Positions 32,093-42,801 of a DNA stretch of 64,000 bases are shown here, piece after piece (position 1 is the first letter of the stretch; each line of letters opens with the position of its first letter). This DNA is from a virus. Lineage: Duplodnaviria > Caudoviricetes. The stretch spans positions 32,001 to 96,000 of the IMG/VR virus record IMGVR_UViG_3300035208_003581. One strand, given 5' to 3'. A program made the translations under genes and the position numbers. A model generated the notes under the pieces. The model saw only the letters and a list, made by a program, of their open reading frames with translations, searched no databases and was not told the origin of the DNA.

Positions 32093-34198
32093 ATGACATA
32101 TTTTGAAGAACTTATATTGAAAAGTGTGAAGCAATTAAATGGTAAATTACACACTTCTTCAATAGGGATTAATAAGGAATTATTAGATATACCTCAAAGT
32201 TCTGTTGCTCCATTTGATAGAGATATAAATAATGGCGTGGTAGACTTACCAATCTATCACGGATTCCGACACCCATCAGCTTCTAAAGCTGATGCAAATT
32301 TGTTTACATGTGCAAAAATAAAAAATCAAGTTGGAGATTCATATCGTGGCAGGATTGGTACGTATTATGGAATCACCGAAAAATCATACAGTGATTATAT
32401 GTCTACTGCTGCAGTACAAGGTGATCTTATCACACTTACTCATAGCTCATTTGATTTTGAATCAGATGGTGTTGAACCAGGGGATATGCTCCTTACATGC
32501 AGTTTGAATGCTGATGTTGGTAATGCTGGTATCCGTAAAATTTCAACTGTATCTGGTTCTAGTTTAACCATACCAGGAGCGAATAGTTTTGGTAATACAG
32601 GGAATATAAACTCTATTATTTTAAAACTTGAACCTGTGCAATTATTCACAGTCCCTAGTTCAGGTGTACCTGGTAAAGAACAAGTATTTCTAACAGTTGA
32701 CCCTGTGTATCTTGATGAAAGTTGGAACACATTTGTTCCAGATTTATATTCTGAGTTACAGAGTGATTACAAAACTATTAATCAATATCGTATTTATCCC
32801 CTTTTACCTGCACATAAAAATAAACGTGCTGATGGTGTATTTTATCGAGTTTCAGATAAGACTTCATCTGCTAATTTAGATGCAAATGAATGGGGTTATG
32901 GGATGGTACTCTATCCTGCATTGTCAGATGGTAGTGGTCCTGACCTAACTAATCCTATCATACCTAGTAGTAATGTACTTGATGATTCCAAGCTATTAAG
33001 TGAGCAAGATATAATTGTAGATTACAGAAATGGTGTAGTTACATTAACTGTTTCTCCACAACCTGGTAGTCAATTAAATCCAAATAGTTATGAAGGGCCA
33101 ATTTTCAAATTATGGGCAGTATATGCTGCATATACTTTAGATACATATCTTGGATTAGATAAACAAAATGCTGTATCAAATATGTTATTTGATTTCCCTT
33201 CAAATGGTGATGTAGATAATGATAATCCTGCATATATCCAATACAATACAAATTCTGGTTTGTGGCGTTTACATTCTGGTCGTGGGGTTAATGCTAATTC
33301 AGAATTTCATGGTATTGAGGTGGGATATGAGTCTTTTAGTTCAGAAGTAGTACCTTCTATTATATGGGATATTACAAATTCACAATGGTCAATGTATTCT
33401 CAATACGGTGATTTAGCAGATAGTTACCCAGTACATTTAGTATCTGGTTATTCAGGTATAAATGATGCTGGTGTTGGGGTTAATATTTCCAGTGTTGAAT
33501 ACGAATTTAAATATAATTCTACTAGAGGTGGTTGGTATTTAACTGGTACAGGTATGCAGATAGAGCAAGATTTAGGCACTATTTCTGTTGATAGTTTAGT
33601 TCGATTTAAACACGACTCAATTTCACATGGTTGTTCTGGTGTACTGCCTGTGAATATTGGAGGTGATATTTTATTCTTAGATTCAACAGGTGGTTTAAAG
33701 ATACGTGGGTTAGATGAAAGTACTGATGGTGTTACTATAGAAGGTTATACAGGAGATTCAGATACAGTTAATTCTGCAGAATCTCATTCTGCTGTCTCAA
33801 TTAATAGTTTTAAAATAGTTTCAAATAATGGTAGTGATTTTTCTGATACTGAAAATATTTTCAGTATAAAAAATAATAACTCTAATAAATTTATTCTTAA
33901 AGGGAATGGTGATTGTTTAGTTACAGGTTCTTTTGATAATTATGATAATGAAAGTGATGCATTAGCATGTCAAGATATGGCCTATGTACTCAGTGGTAAA
34001 TATAATCAAGTCATACAATATAATCGTGATAATTTAGAAAAAATAGGTGTTATGTCAAATGGTTATATTCATGTTAATAATTTAATAGGTTTGATGTTAG
34101 GAGCTATTGGAGAATCATATAAAATAATTGATGTTCTTTGTGGTAAATTAGGATTGAATTATGCTGAAATTCGTACTATAGTCCGTGATGTTAAATAA
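32093..34198 (+). CDS. Tail fibre-like protein, paralog B2
   Basis: N-terminal region homologous to the 27015 ORF; helical C-terminus loosely like a fibre chaperone domain. Confidence 0.65.
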   Translation: MTYFEELILKSVKQLNGKLHTSSIGINKELLDIPQSSVAPFDRDINNGVVDLPIYHGFRHPSASKADANLFTCAKIKNQVGDSYRGRIGTYYGITEKSYSDYMSTAAVQGDLITLTHSSFDFESDGVEPGDMLLTCSLNADVGNAGIRKISTVSGSSLTIPGANSFGNTGNINSIILKLEPVQLFTVPSSGVPGKEQVFLTVDPVYLDESWNTFVPDLYSELQSDYKTINQYRIYPLLPAHKNKRADGVFYRVSDKTSSANLDANEWGYGMVLYPALSDGSGPDLTNPIIPSSNVLDDSKLLSEQDIIVDYRNGVVTLTVSPQPGSQLNPNSYEGPIFKLWAVYAAYTLDTYLGLDKQNAVSNMLFDFPSNGDVDNDNPAYIQYNTNSGLWRLHSGRGVNANSEFHGIEVGYESFSSEVVPSIIWDITNSQWSMYSQYGDLADSYPVHLVSGYSGINDAGVGVNISSVEYEFKYNSTRGGWYLTGTGMQIEQDLGTISVDSLVRFKHDSISHGCSGVLPVNIGGDILFLDSTGGLKIRGLDESTDGVTIEGYTGDSDTVNSAESHSAVSINSFKIVSNNGSDFSDTENIFSIKNNNSNKFILKGNGDCLVTGSFDNYDNESDALACQDMAYVLSGKYNQVIQYNRDNLEKIGVMSNGYIHVNNLIGLMLGAIGESYKIIDVLCGKLGLNYAEIRTIVRDVK

Positions 34199-34218
34199 CC
34201 AAAGGATAGTAATAGACT

Positions 34219-34461
34219 ATGGATCATACTACATATATTAATAGTACTCTAAAATTAAATTCTCCACCAGACCATTTTTCTGAAATAGAAAAAGAAATGT
34301 TTACACAATTAAAAGAAATACGTAAAAATTATGAAATAACACAAAATCAAATAGTTGACTTAAAAAATAATCTGTTAATACTCGAAGGTGAAATGAATAT
34401 CTGCATTAAATGTTTAATAAAATATAAGAGTAATACAGAAACTACAAGTGAGGTTGAATAA
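34219..34461 (+). CDS. Small coiled-coil protein
   Basis: 80-aa ORF with heptad pattern; stop overlaps next start. Confidence 0.65.
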   Translation: MDHTTYINSTLKLNSPPDHFSEIEKEMFTQLKEIRKNYEITQNQIVDLKNNLLILEGEMNICIKCLIKYKSNTETTSEVE

Positions 34462-35129
34462 TGCGATTTGTAGTAGATCGATTTACAAATAGAGTAAAAG
34501 GTAGCTTTCCAAGTGTTGATTTTCCAATAAATGGTAATTTCATTATAAAGATACCATCTGCAGTATCAGTATCCGTAAATTCAGACACTGATTTGGATGC
34601 TTTATTAGTTAAAAAGGCAGAAGGTATTTTAGCATTTTACCCTAATTTTTCAAATATAATTATGGAAGATTTTTTGAATGCTTCAAATGTAGAGGTTCCT
34701 GTTTCCCCAGATCCTACTATTTTATGTGCTGCAATACCATCTACATCAGATTTGGTATCTAATCCTTTTTGTACATATCTTCTTCCAAATGATGGGGTGA
34801 ATAATGGTGTATTGACATCTAGTACATATACATTAGCATCTCTTCCATCAACTACGGATGTGATTGTTATTTGGGAAGTATTTCAGCTTTCGTTTTCTGA
34901 AACAGTAGATGGTATATCTCAAATGTATTATTCAGAGATAGATTCTGATTCAATTACATGTGAAATTTCATTTGATAATGGTGCAAATTGGGAACAGGTT
35001 TTTGATACAACTTTTACTACTTTAAATGGTTTGTATACTGGTCAAAGTGTGAAGATTAGATTTATAAATAATCTTAGTTACAGTGACCAAAAAGTGTGGT
35101 TAGGTGGATATTCAATTTTACATACCTAA
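34461..35129 (+). CDS. Structural protein, beta-rich
   Basis: ISFDNGANWEQV motif; translationally coupled. Confidence 0.6.
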   Translation: MRFVVDRFTNRVKGSFPSVDFPINGNFIIKIPSAVSVSVNSDTDLDALLVKKAEGILAFYPNFSNIIMEDFLNASNVEVPVSPDPTILCAAIPSTSDLVSNPFCTYLLPNDGVNNGVLTSSTYTLASLPSTTDVIVIWEVFQLSFSETVDGISQMYYSEIDSDSITCEISFDNGANWEQVFDTTFTTLNGLYTGQSVKIRFINNLSYSDQKVWLGGYSILHT

Positions 35130-35141
35130 GAGGATATAAAA

Positions 35142-38100
35142 ATGTCTGATAATTTTGGTAATGGTGTGAGCCGTACTTTAAATAGTAAAGATCATCAATT
35201 TTCAAATGTGGTATGGCAAAAAGGTAAACCACCTCTTGACAGTGAATTTAGTCTTATCACTCAAATGATTCAGGAGATTCAGCATAAATTTTCTGAAGCT
35301 CATTATCCAAGTGGTTGGATGGGTGACCCTTTAATGTGTATAGAAGATTATGTGACAAATAAGTCTTGGTCTAACTATTTTAAGTTTGGTTATCAATACA
35401 GTGGTGAAAAACGTGGTTTTCCAATTGCAACAGTAAATGGTTGGGTAATTCCTGTTACTGCTACTCGTGTAGGTAATCCTCCCACTGCTCCAAATGATAC
35501 AGAATATTCAAATCGTGTTGAACTAGATCCACCTCCATCATCAGCAGGTGATAATAGAATTGATTTTGTATTTTTAGAAGTGTGGAAAGCTCAGTTATCA
35601 CCTGGTGGTACTATTTCAAAACCTACTGCAAGTAGTATATATAACTTTGGTAATATAGAATTTGGTGGTACTAATTTATCTGATGATATAAAAGACCCAG
35701 CAATAGGATTTGAGACATCAGAACGTGTTCAAATTCAATACTGTATTCGTGTAGTGTCTGGTATTTCACTCACCAATGTGAATAATGGATTTGATCCTTC
35801 AACAGTCTTTGCTCGTGGTACAGCATCCAGTAATACAACTTTTACATACACAAATATGTATTCCGAACTTGGAGATGCTGGTTTATGGCGTGCTGGTGAT
35901 GGAGATTATGCTAATTCTCTTGGTGCCGTTGATGGGTATTCTTATGCGATACCAATTTGTTCTGTATTTCGTAGAAATAGTGTTGGTTATAACCCTACAT
36001 CGAATCAAAATGGTGGTGTAAATAGGAATAACTTAGCTCAAACTCGTGATGATGCTACAGAGTTTGTTAATATTCCTACATTATTAAATGAATTATCTTT
36101 AAATGCAACTACTCTCACACTTTCTAATATTACCAGTACAGGTATACCAACTTATTCAAATTATATTAGAATTGATGATGAAATAATGACTTATTCTGGT
36201 GTGCAGGGTAACAATCTTATAAATTTAATACGAGAGAGTGATCCACCTCTTTCTGTATCTACTTATGGATCAAAATCTCAAACACATAGTGCTGGTACTC
36301 AAATTAATTTATTACCTATACGTCCAGATGGTTTATTTTCTGATGAAATAACTCGTGACGATATTTTGGATATGCGCCATATTGTTTCTCTTGGTAACAT
36401 TGATTATCATTCATTATTAATCAGTAATTTAACTAATTTACTGCATGGAGAATTGAAAACTACCTGGAAACGTAGTGGGGCTGCTGGTATTCGTGGAGTA
36501 AAATTGCTCTATGTTGATCAAATAACAAGTGTATCACCAGCAATTGGTGTTACCCAATTGGATGCACCTGATAATCATCGTATATTATTTTCTGATGCTG
36601 CTATACTTCAACCTGGTAATTTATGTATTATGTTTCCTCCATCGTCAGTAGGGGATGAATATTCGTCTCGTTCTACATTTGATTTAAATCCATCAACATG
36701 TTTTGCTACATTACATGCAACAAGTGGTGGTAGTGTTTGGTCTGGGGGCACAGGTGATGATTCTTTACGTATTCCAATCTCACCATTTAAAACTGGTTTT
36801 TTGACAGGTCATTCTGATTCTGTTCGTTTTGTGTTACCTACAGAGGTATCTGATTCAGTTGTAATTTATGTAGATGGTGATACTACAAAGTATACTGCTG
36901 ATGGAGGGTATTTTACGGTAACAGGTAGTGTAAACGGTGCTTCTACTGATCCATCTGATGATTTAATCATTACATTGGATCATTCAACATTTCCAAATGT
37001 TTCTTCAAATATTTATATTTTCTTTGCATTACAATATTCACCTGGGCGTGGTTTAAGTCGTAAACCAGATGATGTTTATAACATTAGGTTTACATCTACA
37101 CCAAGTGATACATTAGCAAGATATCATGATACACTTCATATTGAACCTATACATTTATGGGGTAAAGTTAATCCAAATGGATATCGTGGTGAATCTGTAA
37201 AAAATAGTGAGGCATATATTGATTTAGGATCAAAAACACTAGTAGTGTGCCCTTATCGTAAATTAACATTACCTAGAATAAAAATTAAAAATGGTGCTGC
37301 ATTAAATGGTGGTTTAGGCCTTATGCCTATTGGATCTGCACCTAAAGATGTAATTGATCCACTTGGTCTTTTTGAAAATCATAGTCAAGATGATTTATAT
37401 GTGGAAATTCAAAAAGAATGGTTAAGTATGCCTACATTAGGTGATGTATACACTCCAATTGTTCATACAACTGATGGATCAAATTTTTCTCAAGGTATTA
37501 ATTTCTTTTTAAAACATACTATTGGTTTACATGCTGATTTAGGTAATTATGAAAAAAACTATGTGAATACTTCTTTAGCGACTTCACAACAATTTTTTAC
37601 AACAGTTACTGATGTTGGTGTTCCTGCTGCGTATAACAGATCTGTTGTAATTACAGGTGATTCTAGGGTAGCTTCTGGAATTCGTTTATATAACTCAAAT
37701 GGTCGTCAAGGATTAGAATTACCACCATTTTATGGTGTATCTCGTTTATGGGCTGTATATGAAGCCAGTGATTTCATAGATAATCATGGGAGTTTTAATT
37801 CGTCTGATCGTACTGAAATAACAGGTAATGCTATTAACTTATTACGTCCAGATTTTGATGGTCCAACATTATTCATTATAGAAGATGATGATGGTGATGC
37901 TACATTTGTTTTAAATGCAGAAGCTATTGACCTGAATCGTCTAAGTTCACCTCCATCAGATTTTCTTAGTGGTGAATATGTGGTTGAAGCTTCTGTATTT
38001 GGTTTTGATCGTGGGTTTTTAAGTGATAATGCACGTATTGTACTATCGAGAGTACGAGATGAAGGTGTTGCAGCAGGAGATGATATTGATGCTCCTCAAT

Positions 38101-39173
38101 TTATAGTTCCAGCACCACTTGCATCAAATACTTATGTGTCAGTTGAATATGCACGTACACCATACCAGGGGGATGTTGGTGGGACACAAGAAGGTACTTT
38201 GGATGTGTCTTATAAATCTGGTTCATTAACAAGTCAGGAAATACGAGATTTAATAGATAATCCATTAGATTATGATAATTTAGATTTAGCATATCAAAAA
38301 TCTTTTGAAGTTTTAGCTTCAACAAATTTTATCACTTCTAATGGTAGTGGGTCACTTTCATTTCCAATATCTTTTTTCGATGGTCAAATAAAGGTAGGTT
38401 CAGAAGATACTGCCTATTGGCCACCTATCAATGGAAGTGTTGATAATCCAGTTGTACATGCTTCTGTAATGGACTCTAATAATTATGATTTAATGAAACC
38501 CTCAGAAAGTAATGTGATATCTAATTTGCCTTTAGGTTCATTTTTCAGAGAGAAAGACTTTAACGGTCAGCTCATTGAATCCTCACATGGGAAGGTTAAT
38601 TTAGCTATTCTAAATAATTATTTTAATTCTCATAAATTATTTATGGAATTACCAAGGTCTTCTGAGTATTTACATTCATCTCAGAATATATTTGGTAAAG
38701 AATATACATCATTAAATGGTGCGGGTTCATGGATTACATTAGTGGATGGCGTGACAGATAATTTGTTAGATACGTCTGGATTTAGAACATCACATGGTGG
38801 ATCTGCATATATATCAAGTAGACCAATTCCAGGAGGTCCAATAGATAGTTATCTTGGTACATTTACATTTGATAGCGACTTCACATCTTCATTTGTTGTT
38901 GGTAAAGCATTATTAGTACGTAATAATAAAGAAGTATATGCAAATGAAACTTCGTCTGGGGACGAGTTACAGCTTGTTATTATCACACAAGCATACAAAC
39001 CAGTTGGGTTATCTGGGACTTCTGGGGAGATATCTATAGCTATATCACCTACAGGTACAGGTGAAGGATATTCAGCAGCAGATAGATTTAAACTCTCAGG
39101 TAACCCATTGATTAAGAATCATTCAAGGTATCAACCAGATACAAGTACTATCACATTAGCAAAGAGGATTTAG
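35142..39173 (+). CDS. Tail-fibre/baseplate-associated protein, paralog A2
   Basis: VVWQKGKPPLDSE; shares motifs with 21800..24352. Confidence 0.65.
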   Translation: MSDNFGNGVSRTLNSKDHQFSNVVWQKGKPPLDSEFSLITQMIQEIQHKFSEAHYPSGWMGDPLMCIEDYVTNKSWSNYFKFGYQYSGEKRGFPIATVNGWVIPVTATRVGNPPTAPNDTEYSNRVELDPPPSSAGDNRIDFVFLEVWKAQLSPGGTISKPTASSIYNFGNIEFGGTNLSDDIKDPAIGFETSERVQIQYCIRVVSGISLTNVNNGFDPSTVFARGTASSNTTFTYTNMYSELGDAGLWRAGDGDYANSLGAVDGYSYAIPICSVFRRNSVGYNPTSNQNGGVNRNNLAQTRDDATEFVNIPTLLNELSLNATTLTLSNITSTGIPTYSNYIRIDDEIMTYSGVQGNNLINLIRESDPPLSVSTYGSKSQTHSAGTQINLLPIRPDGLFSDEITRDDILDMRHIVSLGNIDYHSLLISNLTNLLHGELKTTWKRSGAAGIRGVKLLYVDQITSVSPAIGVTQLDAPDNHRILFSDAAILQPGNLCIMFPPSSVGDEYSSRSTFDLNPSTCFATLHATSGGSVWSGGTGDDSLRIPISPFKTGFLTGHSDSVRFVLPTEVSDSVVIYVDGDTTKYTADGGYFTVTGSVNGASTDPSDDLIITLDHSTFPNVSSNIYIFFALQYSPGRGLSRKPDDVYNIRFTSTPSDTLARYHDTLHIEPIHLWGKVNPNGYRGESVKNSEAYIDLGSKTLVVCPYRKLTLPRIKIKNGAALNGGLGLMPIGSAPKDVIDPLGLFENHSQDDLYVEIQKEWLSMPTLGDVYTPIVHTTDGSNFSQGINFFLKHTIGLHADLGNYEKNYVNTSLATSQQFFTTVTDVGVPAAYNRSVVITGDSRVASGIRLYNSNGRQGLELPPFYGVSRLWAVYEASDFIDNHGSFNSSDRTEITGNAINLLRPDFDGPTLFIIEDDDGDATFVLNAEAIDLNRLSSPPSDFLSGEYVVEASVFGFDRGFLSDNARIVLSRVRDEGVAAGDDIDAPQFIVPAPLASNTYVSVEYARTPYQGDVGGTQEGTLDVSYKSGSLTSQEIRDLIDNPLDYDNLDLAYQKSFEVLASTNFITSNGSGSLSFPISFFDGQIKVGSEDTAYWPPINGSVDNPVVHASVMDSNNYDLMKPSESNVISNLPLGSFFREKDFNGQLIESSHGKVNLAILNNYFNSHKLFMELPRSSEYLHSSQNIFGKEYTSLNGAGSWITLVDGVTDNLLDTSGFRTSHGGSAYISSRPIPGGPIDSYLGTFTFDSDFTSSFVVGKALLVRNNKEVYANETSSGDELQLVIITQAYKPVGLSGTSGEISIAISPTGTGEGYSAADRFKLSGNPLIKNHSRYQPDTSTITLAKRI

Positions 39174-39175
39174 TC

Positions 39176-39358
39176 ATGGGACAACGTATAATCAGTAAGA
39201 AAGATGTTACATCTGATACTCGTAAATGGGGGTTAGATGTGGAGATTACACGTATCAAAGAGAAACTTCAAGATCCTGAGTTTAATACACCAGAAAAATC
39301 TCAGCAATTAAAGGATAAACTTAATTCTTTAATTGCTGAAAAAAGAACATTAAAATAA
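39176..39358 (+). CDS. Small hypothetical protein
   Basis: 60-aa ORF with GAGG upstream. Confidence 0.6.
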   Translation: MGQRIISKKDVTSDTRKWGLDVEITRIKEKLQDPEFNTPEKSQQLKDKLNSLIAEKRTLK

Positions 39359-39384
39359 TATATTCAAATACTATAGGATTAAAA

Positions 39385-39807
39385 ATGTTGTGGTTATCAA
39401 ATGTTTGGTCAAAGTTTAAAACTATAATTATAGCTTTTGTTGCTGGTATGTTTGCAGTAATTGTTTATATTATTGTAAATAAAACACAAAAAAGTTCTCA
39501 TCCTGTAAATGATATACCAGATGATCGTGTAGATGAAAATGGTAAACCTATCCCTATTGGTACTCCTGATGAAGTTGGATATACACAATGGGAAGTACGA
39601 GAATTTTCTCCAGGTGTTCTTCAAGGTAACTCATCTACGTTAATTGTCACAAATGAAGCTGGTAAAAAAGAAAAAGTAGTTCTTCCAACAGGTATTAAAG
39701 CTAAAGATGTGTCACATGTGATACAGGTTAAACCAGATGTATATGCTATCTCTGTTCGTGATGGTTCTAAAGTAGATGCTACATCATTACTAAATGCTTT
39801 AAAATAA
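39385..39807 (+). CDS. Single-pass membrane protein
   Basis: N-terminal TM segment IIIAFVAGMFAVIVYIIV; AGGA RBS. Confidence 0.7.
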   Translation: MLWLSNVWSKFKTIIIAFVAGMFAVIVYIIVNKTQKSSHPVNDIPDDRVDENGKPIPIGTPDEVGYTQWEVREFSPGVLQGNSSTLIVTNEAGKKEKVVLPTGIKAKDVSHVIQVKPDVYAISVRDGSKVDATSLLNALK

Positions 39808-39822
39808 TTTGGAGAATGACAT

Positions 39823-40377
39823 ATGTTTTCTTTATTTCTACTTTTAGTATCAGTGTATCCACAAGCAGATCATTGTATTTCTGATGAATTATTTGATAGT
39901 GTAACTGAGACTATAGGTAATTATGCTTGTCTTCAAAAGAATAAACCAAATATACATTTGGATAATTACAATATTATTTTAGATGAAAATGGACATATAT
40001 TTAGTGGGCCGGATGCTCAAACAGATATTAGTGGTTCTATTTCATGGTGTTCATTTTCCGTTGATTTTAGAGTAAAACAAAAGTTAGTTTTACATAAAAA
40101 AAAACCCAGTACTTTAGGATTCAGATTAAAATTTAAAGCTTATCTTTATGGTAAATTTATTTATATATTAACACCTAAAGAAATGATAGATGCTGGTATA
40201 GGTATAGATTTTTTCTATATATGGAAGTTTAACGTTCAGTTTATTTTGGGGTTTATGTCTTTAGGATTTGGGGTTGGATTTGATATAACCCAAAATTTTG
40301 GTGCTGTTATAGGCATAGTAAACCCTTATTGGAAATTTGAATTATCTCCTATACTTGGTTTTTACTTCACATTTTAA
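39823..40377 (+). CDS. Exported protein with amphipathic beta-strand C-terminus
   Basis: Hydrophobic N-terminus; alternating strands; ends GFYFTF; GGAG RBS. Confidence 0.65.
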   Translation: MFSLFLLLVSVYPQADHCISDELFDSVTETIGNYACLQKNKPNIHLDNYNIILDENGHIFSGPDAQTDISGSISWCSFSVDFRVKQKLVLHKKKPSTLGFRLKFKAYLYGKFIYILTPKEMIDAGIGIDFFYIWKFNVQFILGFMSLGFGVGFDITQNFGAVIGIVNPYWKFELSPILGFYFTF

Positions 40378-40435
40378 ATTTTTACTGTCTTTTTGTAGTA
40401 TACCATGTTTCATTTTGTACTATTGGAGATGTATC

Positions 40436-42028
40436 GTGCCTTTAGCTATACCTGCTGTATATGAGAATTTGAAAAAAGTAAGAGTTTCTAAAACTGTGAG
40501 TCTTAAACCAAGTCAAGGTGTTCGAGATACTATCATTGCTGAAAATGGAGATAAGATTCAATTTAAACTAAGAAATTATCAAAGCATTGGTGTATATCAT
40601 CTTCTTACAATGAAGAGATTTCTATTAGGTGACGATACGGGGTTAGGTAAAACCATTCAAGTGCTTTCAACATTTTCATATTTATATGACCGTAATCCTA
40701 ATTATAAATGCATTATTATCGCTCCTAAAAGTGCTTTAGTTCAATGGCAAAATGAAATGGAAAGGTTTTTATGTGACCTTCGTGGGATTCATGTAAAAGG
40801 TACATTAAAAGAACGTATACAATTATATTCTGACTTTTTCTCTTCTAAAAATAAAGATAAATGTTCTTTAATTCTTAATTATCATACTTTAACAAGAGAT
40901 TGGGATGAAATTAAAGAATGCATAGATGCAAACAAACCTTTAGATATTTTAACGGTATTTGATGAAGCTGTAGCCTTTAAAAATCCTAAGACTAAAACAC
41001 ATGAAATATGTTCAGAACTAAGTGTTATTTCAGACAGAGTTTACGGTCTTACTGCAACTGTTCTTAAAAATAATTTAATGGAAGGATTTGGAGTATTTAA
41101 AATAATAGTCCCTGGTATTTGGAAAAATAAAACTAGGTTCATGAACGATTTTTGTATTACTCGCATGCAGAAGGTGACAAATAAAACTGGTCGTAAAATA
41201 CAAATACCTATTGTGATTGGTTATCAGAATTTAAATAAATTCAGGAATGATATAGATCCTTATTTTTTAGGGCGTGCTAAAAATGAAGTTTCTGATGAGC
41301 TTCCTAAAATTATTACCAGAGAAATAAATCTTGATCTCACACCAGAACAAGAGAAAAAATATGCTGAATCACTCGAAGGTTTCTTAATATTATCTGATGA
41401 AGTAAAGGAAACTACTAAACTTACTCAATTGATTTATTGTCAACAAATTGTTGATAGTCTTTATTTATTAGGTATAGAAGCTAAATCAAATAAAGAAGAA
41501 GAGTTATTTCGTCTTTTAGAGGAAGAATTAAGTAATGAAAAAGTAATTATTTATTCAAATTATCGTAAAATGGTAGATAGATTAGAGACATTATTTATTG
41601 AAAAGAAAATTAAATGTACTCGTATTACAGGTGTTGAAAAAGATAATGAAAGAGAAGATAACAAAAGAGCATTTCAAGATCCTAATAGTGGTATAGATAT
41701 CATTATGATCACGAATGCGGGTAGTGCTGCAATTAATTTACAAGCAGCATCTACACTTATATTTTTTGATTCTCCATGGTCATATGGTGATTATAAGCAA
41801 TTATTAGGTCGTATGGTACGTATAGGTTCTAAACATTCAACAGTATTGGTACTTCATTTTGTAGTAACTAATACTATAGATAAATATGTATTAAAAACAT
41901 TACAGAAAAAAAAGGGTATAATAGATCCATTAATAAGTGGTGACAGTGATGCATTAGATTTTGATTCAACTTCAGATATAGATGAGATTTTTAATCTTTT
42001 GAAAAAAGATGCTGAGAGGATTAAATGA
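40436..42028 (+). CDS. SNF2-family helicase/ATPase
   Basis: LRNYQ, LGDDTGLGKT, FDEAV, LTAT, AINLQAA, QLLGRMVRIG; GTG start after GGAG. Confidence 0.9.
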   Translation: MPLAIPAVYENLKKVRVSKTVSLKPSQGVRDTIIAENGDKIQFKLRNYQSIGVYHLLTMKRFLLGDDTGLGKTIQVLSTFSYLYDRNPNYKCIIIAPKSALVQWQNEMERFLCDLRGIHVKGTLKERIQLYSDFFSSKNKDKCSLILNYHTLTRDWDEIKECIDANKPLDILTVFDEAVAFKNPKTKTHEICSELSVISDRVYGLTATVLKNNLMEGFGVFKIIVPGIWKNKTRFMNDFCITRMQKVTNKTGRKIQIPIVIGYQNLNKFRNDIDPYFLGRAKNEVSDELPKIITREINLDLTPEQEKKYAESLEGFLILSDEVKETTKLTQLIYCQQIVDSLYLLGIEAKSNKEEELFRLLEEELSNEKVIIYSNYRKMVDRLETLFIEKKIKCTRITGVEKDNEREDNKRAFQDPNSGIDIIMITNAGSAAINLQAASTLIFFDSPWSYGDYKQLLGRMVRIGSKHSTVLVLHFVVTNTIDKYVLKTLQKKKGIIDPLISGDSDALDFDSTSDIDEIFNLLKKDAERIK

Positions 42029-42786
42029 GTGTATATGCAGACCCAAATTGTACATTATGTTATGGATCTGGATCAATACGTCATATCAGTGAGCAGCATG
42101 ATTTGTATGGTGAAAATTATGAATATTTTACTAAATGTACATGCGTTCAAAAACTCGAAATAAAAGCAAAATTAGAAAAAACATATCCTGATTTTTTATT
42201 TATTGGAAATTCAGATATGATCACTACAATTCTCACAGAAAAATCAGATACTAATATGCTTCTTTATGGTGATTTTAGACAGATACTTATACATATACGT
42301 TATTATCTTATCCAACAATATCTTAAAAATTCTAACTATTTTTGCATGGTTAAGACAGATAAAGAGCTTTTGGAAATGTGGTTTCATAAAAAAGATGATA
42401 TATCATATTTCACAGACTTACTTAAAACACCAGATTTAATAGTTGTATTAGCAGATCATGTTTCATATAAAATGAAGCATTTATCAGGTGTATTATGTGA
42501 AGTTTTACAATCACGTAATAGATTTGGAAAAGGTAAATTACCTATTTGGTTTTATGCAGGTGAGTTTGATCCTATTACACGTAGTAATCAATATCTTTAT
42601 ACAGATGCTAAAATTTTAAATATATTGAAAACATATGATCAATTTTATATTGAACCAGTTGAGAATATGGTGGTAAGACATGTAGACCATTCTGAATCTT
42701 CATCTCTTATGGAAACTGTATCAACAACAGTTCCATCTGAAACTAGTTCACAATTTGCTGCAGCTAAATCAATTTTTGATGCTTAA
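42025..42786 (+). CDS. Degenerate DnaC/IstB-like helicase loader with N-terminal Zn site
   Basis: CTLCYGSG...CTC; PDLIVV and EVLQSR resemble the Walker B/sensor region; no Walker A; directly upstream of DnaB. Confidence 0.5.
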   Translation: MSVYADPNCTLCYGSGSIRHISEQHDLYGENYEYFTKCTCVQKLEIKAKLEKTYPDFLFIGNSDMITTILTEKSDTNMLLYGDFRQILIHIRYYLIQQYLKNSNYFCMVKTDKELLEMWFHKKDDISYFTDLLKTPDLIVVLADHVSYKMKHLSGVLCEVLQSRNRFGKGKLPIWFYAGEFDPITRSNQYLYTDAKILNILKTYDQFYIEPVENMVVRHVDHSESSSLMETVSTTVPSETSSQFAAAKSIFDA

Positions 42787-42801
42787 TTAAGGTATGTATA
42801 T

